Shown piece by piece: positions 1 through 8,978 of a stretch of DNA of 64,000 bases. The translations under genes and the position numbers were made by a program. Source of the DNA: Thermoproteota archaeon (GTDB lineage: Archaea; Korarchaeota; Korarchaeia; Korarchaeales; Korarchaeaceae); contig JAOZFN010000009.1 in NCBI GenBank assembly GCA_027492205.1, forward strand, positions 1 to 64,000, written 5' to 3'. The number at the start of each line of letters is the position of its first letter. The first letter of the stretch is position 1. The notes below the pieces were generated by a model. That model was not told where the DNA came from and made no database searches. It worked only from the letters and a program-made list of their open reading frames with translations.

Positions 1-420
1 GAAGATATCAATGTGGGCGGCGAGGTGAGAAGTCCAGACGGGCTCGTGGAGCCCGTCGTCCGAGACGCCAACAAGAAGGACGTGAGGCAGATAACCAGGG
101 AAATAGAGGGGCTTGCAAGCAGGGCTCGGAGCGAGGAGGGGCTCAGCCCCAGGGACGGCTCCGGGGGCACATTCACGGGCTCGAACCGGGGCTCCGAGGG
201 AGTGGAGATAGTCACGCCGATCATCAATCCGCCTCAGTCTGCCATACTCGGCGTGGGCGCGATCACCCAGACGCCGGTCGTAACTGGAGGGGAGATCGAG
301 GTCAGGCCCCAGATGGCCCTCTGTCTGGTCTTCGACCACAGGGTCGTGGACGGCGTGCCCGCCTCCAGGTTCCTCAGGCGGGTGGTCGAACTCTTGGAGA
401 ACCCGGAGGAGCTGGTTTAA
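1..420 (+). CDS. 2-oxoacid dehydrogenase E2 acyltransferase, catalytic C-terminal domain (5'-truncated by the window)
   Basis: TPIINPPQSAILG and FDHRVVDG catalytic motifs; the frame is open from base 1. Confidence 0.9.
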   Translation, partial: EDINVGGEVRSPDGLVEPVVRDANKKDVRQITREIEGLASRARSEEGLSPRDGSGGTFTGSNRGSEGVEIVTPIINPPQSAILGVGAITQTPVVTGGEIEVRPQMALCLVFDHRVVDGVPASRFLRRVVELLENPEELV

Positions 421-454
421 GCTCCTCCCCGAGTCCCTTTTTTGGCGTTTCTCT

Positions 455-586
455 CACAGGATCGACGGTCTTTCGAAAGAAGAGGCGGAGAGGTTGGCCG
501 ATCTAGCGGAGAGGTACTGTCACCTCGCAAGGACCTTGAGGGACTGCGTGGACATCGAGTTCAACCTGGAGTGGGGAGGAGCGTGA
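455..586 (+). pseudogene. OsmC-like protein, C-terminal remnant
   Basis: Hand translation gives RIDGLSKEEAERLADLAERYCHLARTLRDCVDIEFNLEWGGA*, resembling the OsmC C-terminal AEKYCxxxxTL helix. There is no start codon or N-terminal half, and the stop overlaps the cupin ATG. Confidence 0.5.
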
Positions 587-942
587 TGCGGCCCAAGGTC
601 GGGCACTGGAGAGAGATCCCGGAGGAGACGGTCTCGTCGGCGAAGGGTCTCTACAGGAGGTGGCTCATAACCCCGAGGGACGGGGCCCCGAACTTCGCCA
701 TGAGGCTCTTTAGGATGGTTCCGGGAGGGGAGACTCCACCGCACTCGCACGACTGGGAGCACGAGGTCTTCATTCTCTCCGGTAGGGGGAGGGCCATCTT
801 GGATGGAGAGGATTATGAGCTGACCCCGGGCACGTTTCTGTTTATTCCTGGGGGAGTCGAACACACATTCCAAAACAACGGCGGGGGGGACCTGGTGTTC
901 CTCTGTCTGATCCCGGCGAGCGCGGTCCCGCCAGGCAAGTGA
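586..942 (+). CDS. Cupin domain protein
   Basis: PPHSHDWEHEVFILSG and PGGVEH cupin motifs; ATG at 586 follows GGAGG. Confidence 0.85.
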   Translation: MRPKVGHWREIPEETVSSAKGLYRRWLITPRDGAPNFAMRLFRMVPGGETPPHSHDWEHEVFILSGRGRAILDGEDYELTPGTFLFIPGGVEHTFQNNGGGDLVFLCLIPASAVPPGK

Positions 943-954
943 ACAGAACACCCC

Positions 955-2133
955 TCATGGTCGGGAGTAGATCAGGATCGAGGCGTCCACGCCGCCGTAC
1001 CTCACGGCCCTCCTCTCCTCGAGCCTGAGCGCGCTCATGGCCCTCTCGAACTTAGGCAAAGCGGGGCCGCCGAGTATGGCGGAGGCCTTCAGCTCGAGCT
1101 TTTCCGCCAGCGCCCTGGCCAGCCCACCGAAAGCCGCCTCGATGTCCCTCCTCCGACCGGTCCTGAGTTCGTAGGGCGGGTTGGTTGACAGGGCGCCAAT
1201 CCTATCCACCCGCTCAGGCAGGAACTCCGCGCTAAACACGGAGAACGTTATGGAGTCCTGCACCCCGGCCGAGACCGCGTTTCTCGCGGCGCCCGCGACG
1301 TGCTTCGGGCTCACGTCGGATGCGAGGATTGCCGGTCGAAAGTACGGCCTCGCCCCAGCGTCCACCCGGTCTAGTATCTCTTCGACCGGGAGGTCGCGGA
1401 ACGGCTTTAGGAGTCTGAAGGGCCAGCCCTCTGCCCTCCTCCACGTGCCCGGAGGGATTCTCTTGGCCGCCAGAGCCGCCTCTATCGGGATGGTCCCACC
1501 TCCGCACATCGGGTCGACAAGGGGCGACGACGGGTCCCTCTCTACCTCGGCGAGCCAGCCGGTCAACCTGACCAGGGAGTACGCGACCACCGGGCTGAGG
1601 GAGGCGGGGTGCTGGTACACCCTGTACCTGCGCTTGTGGAGACTCTCCCCGACGAGGTCTATACCGAGCAAGAGCACGCTGCCGGAGACGTAGGCCCTGA
1701 CGGTGACGTCCGGGCTCTTCAGGTTGGCCCTTATTCTCTCCCCGCTACGCCGGAGGAAGTGCTCCACCACGGCGGCCCCAACCTCCGCGGCTATCTCCGG
1801 GCTCCTGTATGCGTGTTTCCCCGCCCGCTCCGCCCTGACCGCGAACGTCACGTTGGGGTCGAAGTAGTCTGACCACTCCACCCAGCCGGCCATCTCGCCG
1901 ACCGACGCAAGGTCGCTCGGGTCGACCTCCCCCTCCCCAACCAGGAGGAGTATTCTGTTGGCCGACCGTATACCGTACACCAGTTCAACCGCCTTCTCGG
2001 GTTCTGCAAGGAACCGCACCTTTCCGGGAACGACCGGCCGCGCCGCCTCGCCTATCAGCTCCTCGATCTCCCCCCTCACCACATCCTCGAGACCCGGAAG
2101 GGTGACGGCAAGATACTCGTGCTGGCGTCCCAC
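955..2133 (-). CDS. THUMP-domain RNA methyltransferase (Trm14-like tRNA m2G methyltransferase)
   Basis: THUMP region, SLHKRRYR, DPMCGGGTIPIEAA SAM motif, TNPPY. Confidence 0.85.
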   Translation of the reverse strand: MGRQHEYLAVTLPGLEDVVRGEIEELIGEAARPVVPGKVRFLAEPEKAVELVYGIRSANRILLLVGEGEVDPSDLASVGEMAGWVEWSDYFDPNVTFAVRAERAGKHAYRSPEIAAEVGAAVVEHFLRRSGERIRANLKSPDVTVRAYVSGSVLLLGIDLVGESLHKRRYRVYQHPASLSPVVAYSLVRLTGWLAEVERDPSSPLVDPMCGGGTIPIEAALAAKRIPPGTWRRAEGWPFRLLKPFRDLPVEEILDRVDAGARPYFRPAILASDVSPKHVAGAARNAVSAGVQDSITFSVFSAEFLPERVDRIGALSTNPPYELRTGRRRDIEAAFGGLARALAEKLELKASAILGGPALPKFERAMSALRLEERRAVRYGGVDASILIYSRP

Positions 2134-2157
2134 GCGACGACCCCCGCCGTTCGGCCG

Positions 2158-3918
2158 CTACATCCTGGCGGCCTCCTCGAGGTCCTTCATGAGGACGGCC
2201 CTCTCGTAGGCCTTGACGACATCGGTTCTCGTCAGTATGCCCACGAGCCTCCCGTCCTCGACGACGGGAAGCCTCCCCACGTCGCACCTCAGCATCTTCA
2301 GGAGCGCGTCGTGCACGGACATACCCGGGGTGACGGTGACCGGCTGCCTGTTCATCACGTCCCTCACCCTGACGCGATCCCACTGGCTCGGGTGAATCCT
2401 CCTCAAGTCGGCGAAGGCCACCATGCCCACGAGCTTACCCTCCGGGTCCACGACCGGAAACCCCATGTGGTGGGTCCTGAGCATGATCTCGTGGAGTTCC
2501 CCCAGCGTTATGTCCGGCTGGACGGTCACGACCTCCCTGACCATGGCGTCGGAGACCCTCAGCCTGTCCAGCACCTCGAGGCCGACTACGGGAACTCGCT
2601 TTCCCCTCTCCTCGATGCGTCTGGTGTAGATCGTGCTCTCCATCAGAATGAGGGAGAGGAAGTAAGCGGTCGAGCACGAGGCGAGGAGAGATGGGATCAG
2701 CTTGTAGTTTCTCCCCAGCTCGGTTATGATCACCACGGCCGTGAGCGGGGCCCTGGCGGCAGCGGCAAAGGTGGCGGCCATCCCGGCGAGTGCGAACATC
2801 TCGGGCGTGCGGAAAACCCCTGGAGAGATCGCGTGGAGTACCTTACCAACCAACGCCCCGGAGGTAGCTCCGATGAAGAGCGTCGGGGTGAATATCCCGC
2901 CCGACCCGCCTGATCCCACGGAAAAAGAGGTTGCGAGTATCTTGACGGCCGTCAGCGTGAGCAGGAGGTGGAGGGTCCCCTCTCCGGAGAGGATTCTATT
3001 CAACCCGTCGAAACCCGGCCCCATGACACCCCATCCCAGACTCCAGAAGGCGAGCAGGCCACTTAGCAGACCACCTAGGGCAGGTTTCAGCCACGCGGGG
3101 GCGGCCCACGCCTCAAACCGATCCTCGACCTCATAGAGTGTGTCGACCCAGACCCTGGCCACGGCGGCCGAGAGGGCCCCGAGCGCCAGCAGGGCGGCTA
3201 CCTCCACGGGGTTCGGAAACGGGATGTGCGCCGGTATCAGGATCACCGGCATGGACTTTCTCAGCGTCCAGGAGACGGATACCGCGGATATCGATGCTAC
3301 AAACGCTGGAATGAGTTCAACGGAGTATACTGCCCCCAGGAGTATCTCCAGGCCGAAGAGAACCCCTCCCAGAGGGGCGTCGAAGGCGGCCGCTATCCCG
3401 GCGGAGAGCCCGGCAATAAGGAGGAGCTTCCTCGGCCTGGCCGGCACCTTGAGGACCTCGGCCGCAAAGGAACCCAGACCCGCCCCGACCTGGCCTATCG
3501 GGCCCTCCCTGCCCGCGCTTCCGCCGAGACCGATCAGGGCCCCGGACGCGAGTATCCTCGCCACCGGAACCCTGGGGGGTATCCTGCCCTCCTTGAACAG
3601 GAAGGCCTCGAGGACGTTTGGAATCCCGTGACCCCTGACGTCGGGCGCGATCTTCCACGCGATCACACCGGAGACCAGCCCGCCCGCCGCGGGGGCGAGG
3701 ATCAACCCCAGGTCGATGAACCCCAGGGTCAGCTCCCCCTCAATCACTTCCAGGAATTCTCTGAAGATCTCTATGGACTTGTCCAGAGCCACGGCGGAGA
3801 GGCCCGCTATCGCTCCGATCGCAACGGCGGAGAGTTCCAGCTTCCCGTAGCGCCTGGTGAGTCCAGCGATTCGCCGCCAGAACACCTGCCTCCTTATCTC
3901 CCTGTGAGGCTCTAACAT
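2158..3918 (-). CDS. CLC-family chloride channel/H+ antiporter with a C-terminal CBS pair
   Basis: GHGIP, GREGP and GGIFTP motifs, multiple TM segments, two CBS domains. Confidence 0.92.
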   Translation of the reverse strand: MLEPHREIRRQVFWRRIAGLTRRYGKLELSAVAIGAIAGLSAVALDKSIEIFREFLEVIEGELTLGFIDLGLILAPAAGGLVSGVIAWKIAPDVRGHGIPNVLEAFLFKEGRIPPRVPVARILASGALIGLGGSAGREGPIGQVGAGLGSFAAEVLKVPARPRKLLLIAGLSAGIAAAFDAPLGGVLFGLEILLGAVYSVELIPAFVASISAVSVSWTLRKSMPVILIPAHIPFPNPVEVAALLALGALSAAVARVWVDTLYEVEDRFEAWAAPAWLKPALGGLLSGLLAFWSLGWGVMGPGFDGLNRILSGEGTLHLLLTLTAVKILATSFSVGSGGSGGIFTPTLFIGATSGALVGKVLHAISPGVFRTPEMFALAGMAATFAAAARAPLTAVVIITELGRNYKLIPSLLASCSTAYFLSLILMESTIYTRRIEERGKRVPVVGLEVLDRLRVSDAMVREVVTVQPDITLGELHEIMLRTHHMGFPVVDPEGKLVGMVAFADLRRIHPSQWDRVRVRDVMNRQPVTVTPGMSVHDALLKMLRCDVGRLPVVEDGRLVGILTRTDVVKAYERAVLMKDLEEAARM

Positions 3919-4001
3919 CCACCGCGTCCCTCTCGCCTCGACAGACCTGTCGGCTTTCGCCTGTCAGGCCCTTAATTATTGCTCCCCCACTCAACGACCT
4001 G

Positions 4002-5153
4002 ATGGGCGTCAGAGTCCCGATCTCAAGGCCGCTGCTCGGAGCGGAAGAAGTGGAGGAGGTGGGGCTTGTCCTCAAGAGCGGAATGCTAGCGCAAGGGAAG
4101 AGGGTGAAAGAGCTGGAGGATGGGTTTGCCGAGTACGTGGGCGCTGAGCACGGCATCGCAGTGTCCAACGGGACGCTCGCCCTCCTGGTGGCCCTTCAGG
4201 CCATGGGGATTGGGCCGGGGGACGAGGTCATCACGACCCCCCTCTCGTTCTTCGCGACGGCCTCGACCATCCTCATGACGGGCGCCGTCCCCGTATTCGT
4301 TGACGTTGACCCGGAGACCTACAACCTCGATCCCGGGCGGGTGGAGGAGGTCCTGTCGGATCGCACCCGGGCGATAGTTCCGGTCCACCTCTTCGGCCAC
4401 CCCGTCGACATGGACCCCCTGCTGAAGATAGCTCGGGAGAGGGATCTGCTGATTCTCGAGGACGCCGCGCAGGCTCACGGAGCTGAGTACAGGGGAAGGA
4501 AGGTCGGATCCATCGGCCACGCGGCCGCGTTCAGCTTCTACCCGACGAAGAACATGACGACCGCCGAGGGTGGGATGATAACGACGAGCGACGACCGGCT
4601 GGCAGAGAGGTGTAGGCTCCTCAGAGACCACGGACAGGAGTCAAAGTACGTCCACATCATGCTCGGAATGAACTGCAGGATGACGGATCTCCAGGCGGCC
4701 ATAGGGATAGTGCAGCTGAAAAAGCTGGATAGCATGAATGAGAGAAGGCGGGAGATAGCCAGAACGTACGTAGACGAACTCGGTGGACTCGAAGGGATCG
4801 AAATGCCGGTTGAACGCCCCTGGGCAAGGCACTCCTGGCACCTCTTTGCGGTCAGGGTCACCGGCCCGTCGAGGGACAGGCTGGTGGGAGCGCTCCGCGA
4901 TCGGGGAGTGGATGCCAGGCCGAGTTATCCCATGCCGATATACGACCAGCCTGTGATGAAGAAGCTGGGGATCAGGGAGTTCGACCCACTGTGGTTCGCA
5001 AGGTCGGGGAAGGGGTTCAAGAGGGCGGAGTGCCCGAACGCGGAGAGGCTCGTCGATCAGCTCCTTCTCCTCCCCATCCATCCCGGAATGAGCGACGAGG
5101 ACGTCCAATTCGTCACGAGAGCGGTTAAGGAGGCCCTGAGGGAGGTCAGCTGA
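4002..5153 (+). CDS. DegT/DnrJ/EryC1/StrS PLP-dependent sugar aminotransferase
   Basis: VSNGTLAL, EDAAQAHG, FSFYPTKNMTTAEGG. Confidence 0.92.
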   Translation: MGVRVPISRPLLGAEEVEEVGLVLKSGMLAQGKRVKELEDGFAEYVGAEHGIAVSNGTLALLVALQAMGIGPGDEVITTPLSFFATASTILMTGAVPVFVDVDPETYNLDPGRVEEVLSDRTRAIVPVHLFGHPVDMDPLLKIARERDLLILEDAAQAHGAEYRGRKVGSIGHAAAFSFYPTKNMTTAEGGMITTSDDRLAERCRLLRDHGQESKYVHIMLGMNCRMTDLQAAIGIVQLKKLDSMNERRREIARTYVDELGGLEGIEMPVERPWARHSWHLFAVRVTGPSRDRLVGALRDRGVDARPSYPMPIYDQPVMKKLGIREFDPLWFARSGKGFKRAECPNAERLVDQLLLLPIHPGMSDEDVQFVTRAVKEALREVS

Positions 5154-5646
5154 CCCACCTGCTCAGGGCCGCCCTGAGAACTTTGGATAAGGGGGCGCCG
5201 ACCAGAACTCCAGCCGCCGCCTGAAAGAGGTTCCCGGGCAGCTCCGCGACCGCCGCCCCCGGTCCCAGCAGAATGGCCTCCACGGTGAAGTAGCCCAGCA
5301 CCATCTCGGCCACCGCGACGGTCGCGCCTGCGATCTCCGCCAACCTCCCCCGGCCCGAGACCAAGCCGGCTAGGGCGCCCTCAACTCCCTTGATGGCCAG
5401 AGTGTAGGGGGCGTAGTGAGCGTATCCAGACAGCAGGTCGGCGAGGGCCGAGCCGACTCCTCCGCAGAACGCCCCCACCGTGGGACCGAGAGCCAGTCCC
5501 AGGGCGATCACCACGGTGTCGCCCAAGTTTATGTATCCCTGAGTCGCCGGAACCGGGATCTGCACTACCAGAGTGGTTGCTGCCACGAGGGCGGCGCCCA
5601 TGCCTGCGAAGGCGGCCCAGACGGACCCGTTCCTCGGCCCGGCCAT
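5146..5646 (-). CDS. ECF transporter S component (HmpT/PdxU-like)
   Basis: IPVPATQGYINLGD, GSALADLLSGY and IKGVEG motifs with about 6 TM segments; ATG at 5646 (the longer ORF upstream is antisense to the next gene). Confidence 0.85.
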   Translation of the reverse strand: MAGPRNGSVWAAFAGMGAALVAATTLVVQIPVPATQGYINLGDTVVIALGLALGPTVGAFCGGVGSALADLLSGYAHYAPYTLAIKGVEGALAGLVSGRGRLAEIAGATVAVAEMVLGYFTVEAILLGPGAAVAELPGNLFQAAAGVLVGAPLSKVLRAALSRWVS

Positions 5647-5663
5647 CGCGGGCACCGAAGATG

Positions 5664-5683
5664 TATAAGTCAGCATTCTTATA
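5664..5683. promoter_or_regulatory. Inverted repeat TATAAG-N8-CTTATA between divergent genes (back-to-back TATA boxes and/or operator)
   Basis: Perfect 6-bp inverted repeat in the AT-rich gap between the ECF-S gene and the ThrC-like/wHTH gene. Confidence 0.5.
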
Positions 5684-5712
5684 TTTGAGTCAGAAAGCTT
5701 ATGTATCGGACT

Positions 5713-7086
5713 ATGACGAAGTGGCTGGCCCGCTGCCCCAAGTGTGGGCTGAGCCGCGAGCTGATTCAGGTAACGCCTACCTGCCCCAAATGCGGTACCC
5801 CCCTCCTTCTCCTGCCAGACCTCCAGGAACTGCGGGACAGGGTGACCCCCGACGTCTTGGCCAACAGGGTTGCGGGAGTCTGGAGATACAGGGAACTCCT
5901 GCCGGTCTCTCGGGATCCCGTCACGCTCGGAGAGGGTGGAACCAGGCTCCACGCGTGCAGGAGACTCGGGAGGGAGGCGGATCTGCGCGGCCTCCTGGTG
6001 AAGGACGAGACGAAGAACCCCACAGGCTGCTTCATAGACAGGGGATCCACGGTGCTGGTATCTCGAATAGTTGAAGAGGGATACCAGGGCGTCTACGGAA
6101 CTGTCAAAGGAAACCTTGGGGCCTCTCTCGCTGCCTACTCGGCCAGGGCGGGGGTGGGGTGCGCGGTGAGGGTGGACGGGCCGACCGACCCGGCGAAGCT
6201 CTATCAGATGATTGCCTACGGGGCTGCAGTCTCCCCACCAGACGGCCGAATGGAGGCTCCAGAGCGATACTACAACGTCTTGAACTCTGACCCCCTCCTC
6301 GTGGAGGGCGAGAAGACGATATCGCTGGAGGTGCTGGAGTCCCTGGGGTGGGAGGAGCCTGACGCGATCGTCGTGCCCGTGGGTAGCGGCTCCCTCATGA
6401 CCGCGGTCTGGAAGGGAATCACGGAGGCCAGGGAGCTGGGACTCGTGCGGTCGATGGGCGTCCGACTCTACGGGGTGAGGCCGGGCGAGGAGAGCGCCGT
6501 CGCCCTGGACCTCCACTTTCCTGAGCCAGACCGCTTGGACCAGGCTAGTGAGGCTGTCAGGGAGAGCGGCGGGGACTTGATCACGGTCGGAGACGAGGAG
6601 ATGCTGGAGGCCTCGAGGAAGCTCGCCCGCGCCGAGGGGATATTCGCCGAACCCGCCGCGGCCTCCACGCTGGCGGCCGCGGAGATGCTGAGGGTAGAGG
6701 GAGAGATCTCTCCCTCAGACACGGTCGTCCTCATAGTGACCGGGTCCGGGCTGAAGGACCCCACCGCCGCCGTCAGGGAGCTTGAGAGGCTCCATTTAAC
6801 CGACGCCTACGTGAAGGGGGAGCGCGTTGGCAGGCCGCTCGGGAGGACGAAGACGGCGATCCTGAGGATACTGACCTCTGGTAAGATGCACGGGTACGAG
6901 GTCTGGAGGAGGCTGAGGGGATCCGGCGTGGAGATCTCGCTTCCGGCAGTTTACCAGCACCTCAAGTCGCTAGAGGAGATGGGCGCGATTGCCAGGGTCC
7001 AGACGGTGTCAAAGAATGGGAGGTCTCGCGTGGTCTACTCCATAACCCCGAGAGGCAGGCTCCTCCTGTCGACCGTGGAGGGATGA
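5713..7086 (+). CDS. Threonine-synthase-like PLP fold-II protein lacking the catalytic Lys, fused to a C-terminal PadR/ArsR-like winged HTH
   Basis: N-terminal CxxC..CxxC, TLGEGGT, NPTGCFIDRG (canonical NPTGSFKDRG), VPVGSGS, EPAAAS, TGSGLKD, then ILRILTSGKMHGYEVWRRL..SLPAVYQHLKSLEEMG..YSITPRGR. Confidence 0.85.
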   Translation: MTKWLARCPKCGLSRELIQVTPTCPKCGTPLLLLPDLQELRDRVTPDVLANRVAGVWRYRELLPVSRDPVTLGEGGTRLHACRRLGREADLRGLLVKDETKNPTGCFIDRGSTVLVSRIVEEGYQGVYGTVKGNLGASLAAYSARAGVGCAVRVDGPTDPAKLYQMIAYGAAVSPPDGRMEAPERYYNVLNSDPLLVEGEKTISLEVLESLGWEEPDAIVVPVGSGSLMTAVWKGITEARELGLVRSMGVRLYGVRPGEESAVALDLHFPEPDRLDQASEAVRESGGDLITVGDEEMLEASRKLARAEGIFAEPAAASTLAAAEMLRVEGEISPSDTVVLIVTGSGLKDPTAAVRELERLHLTDAYVKGERVGRPLGRTKTAILRILTSGKMHGYEVWRRLRGSGVEISLPAVYQHLKSLEEMGAIARVQTVSKNGRSRVVYSITPRGRLLLSTVEG

Positions 7087-7124
7087 GGTCGCGTTAATTA
7101 ACGCCCACCCATCGAGAGCGCCCG

Positions 7125-7547
7125 GTGGGTGATTCCGTGAGCTCGGAGGAAAAGAGGCTGAGGATCCTCACGGCCCTGAGGGGGGTCTATGACCCTGAGA
7201 TACCCATCAACGTCGTAGATCTCGGTCTGATCAGGGAGGTCACCGTCGAAGAGAAGGAGGGACCCACTACTGTGAGGGTCAGGTACACTCTCACGGCCCC
7301 CGGGTGTCCGCTGGCCCAGATGCTCTCTTCCCTCATCAAGAAGACCGTAGAGGCCGCAGTCGGCAGCGACGTCAACGTTGAGCTGATCTACGAGGACTTC
7401 CCGCCCTGGACCCCGGCCGACATGACCGAGGAGGGCAGAGAGGAGTTCAAGAGGAGGTACGGCTACGACATAATGGACTCCTTCCTCAAGCAGTGGGGTA
7501 GCATCGAGAACTACGTCGAGGCGGTCAGGAAGGCCCTTGGGAAGTGA
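7125..7547 (+). CDS. DUF59/MIP18/SufT-like Fe-S cluster assembly factor
   Basis: VYDPEIPINVVDLGLI, TLTAPGCP, PPWT. Confidence 0.9.
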   Translation: MGDSVSSEEKRLRILTALRGVYDPEIPINVVDLGLIREVTVEEKEGPTTVRVRYTLTAPGCPLAQMLSSLIKKTVEAAVGSDVNVELIYEDFPPWTPADMTEEGREEFKRRYGYDIMDSFLKQWGSIENYVEAVRKALGK

Positions 7548-7560
7548 AGGTGGCGGGGAC

Positions 7561-8460
7561 TCACCCCCGCTCCGACCCGGTGACGGCCAGCGTCACCCCA
7601 GCCAAGAGGACCGCGCCGCCAATCACGACCCTTAGGGACGGGACCTCGCCCAGCACGACCCAGGCCAGGACCGTCGCTCCTATGGGCTCCATCAGGATCG
7701 CCAGCGAGACCACGTGCGCCTTGACGTACTTCAGGGCGTAGTTGTAGAGGGTGTGACCCACGCATGAGGGTCCCAGGGCCAGGGCCAGAAAGATCGCGTA
7801 CTCCCTGAACGGGTAGCCAGTTAGGGGGCTCCCTATCGAGAGCGCGCCGGCAGCCAGCGCGAGCCCAGAGACCCCGTAGACGGACGCCGCGTAAGACAGG
7901 GTGTCGAGGCTCCTCCTCAGCGCCCTGCCCGCCACCAAGTAGAGTGCCAGGGCCACCGCGCCCGCGAGGGCGAGGGTTGCTCCCAAGAGGTCGCGCTCGG
8001 TGAGGGTCCAGGCCTCGCCTACGATCGCGGCGGCGCCCAGCATTCCCAGAGCGATTCCGACGGCCTCTCGAAGGGTTATCCTGTCTCCAAGGAGGGCCCA
8101 CCCCAAGACGGCGGCAAACATCGGGGCAGAGTCGACCAGCACAACGCTCACCGCAACGGAGGTGTACTTGAGGGAGGTCACCCAAGTCGCGAAGTGAACG
8201 GCCAGGGCGATCCCCGAGGCCGCTAGGTGTGGGAGCAAACCCTCAACGACCTCTACAGATCTCAGTAGGGATGGGAGTGAGACGAGCGACATAATCGCGG
8301 CCGCTATCAGAAGTCTGTTGGCCGCTATCACCATGGCCGGCGCGTTGCTCAGCTTGATCAGGACGCTGGCGGAGGACACGGAGGAGACCCCTATCGCCAG
8401 CGCCAGCCTCGGGTCGAGCCCGCGTTGACCCCGCGCCACGGCCGAGCGCTCCCCCCTCAC
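7561..8460 (-). CDS. DMT/EamA family transporter
   Basis: About 10 TM segments in a duplicated EamA pattern (SLKYTSVA; ALKYVKA..EPIGA). Confidence 0.88.
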   Translation of the reverse strand: MRGERSAVARGQRGLDPRLALAIGVSSVSSASVLIKLSNAPAMVIAANRLLIAAAIMSLVSLPSLLRSVEVVEGLLPHLAASGIALAVHFATWVTSLKYTSVAVSVVLVDSAPMFAAVLGWALLGDRITLREAVGIALGMLGAAAIVGEAWTLTERDLLGATLALAGAVALALYLVAGRALRRSLDTLSYAASVYGVSGLALAAGALSIGSPLTGYPFREYAIFLALALGPSCVGHTLYNYALKYVKAHVVSLAILMEPIGATVLAWVVLGEVPSLRVVIGGAVLLAGVTLAVTGSERG

Positions 8461-8492
8461 GGTATTAAGGAGATCGGGAGCAGGCGACCAGA

Positions 8493-8910
8493 GTGGGTAC
8501 CTGGAGGGGGATCATCTGCCAGAGGGACTGTCCAGACGCGTGCGGCCTCCCGGTCAGGGTCGAGGGAAGCTCCAGAGGAATTCCCGATAAGGCTCCTCAC
8601 GAGTTCAGTTCCCCCGATACGAGCGCCCAGGACGAACTCGACTCGCTAGATGAGGTTCACGTGAGTCCTGAAGACGCGAGGAGCTTGGACTCACGGACGG
8701 GGCCCTGGACAGACCTCGAGTCCTCGGCGGGTGGGAGGGCCGTGGCTGGGGTTAGGGTTGTCGGGTCGCTTCTAGAGGCGGTGGCGTGGGTCAGGAGGTC
8801 AGGCAGGCTGACGAACGGGTTTGTTAACGATCTCGTCAGCCCCGAGAAGCAGGCCGTCGGGGGCGGCAACACGTTCAACTCTACCTACGTTAGGCTGAGG
8901 CCCCTCAGCG
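8493..8910 (+). pseudogene. Internally deleted molybdopterin oxidoreductase remnant
   Basis: N-terminal ICQRDCPDAC Fe-S motif joined directly to molybdopterin-dinucleotide-binding domain motifs (EEFPIRLLT in a shifted frame; VHVSPEDA; VNDL..GGGNTFNSTYVRL). Confidence 0.7.
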
Positions 8911-8978
8911 TGAGGCGAGGCTCGGACGGCACCTTTTTTGAGTGGAGAGCGGGAACTCAAACTGAGAGGCTGTCTATC

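Noticed and set aside
3919-4001. Fluoride riboswitch upstream of the CLC gene
   Set aside because: Only a small GGC-GAAA-GCC hairpin is present, with no crcB-motif consensus; the CLC has GHGIP/GREGP, not the fluoride-type signature
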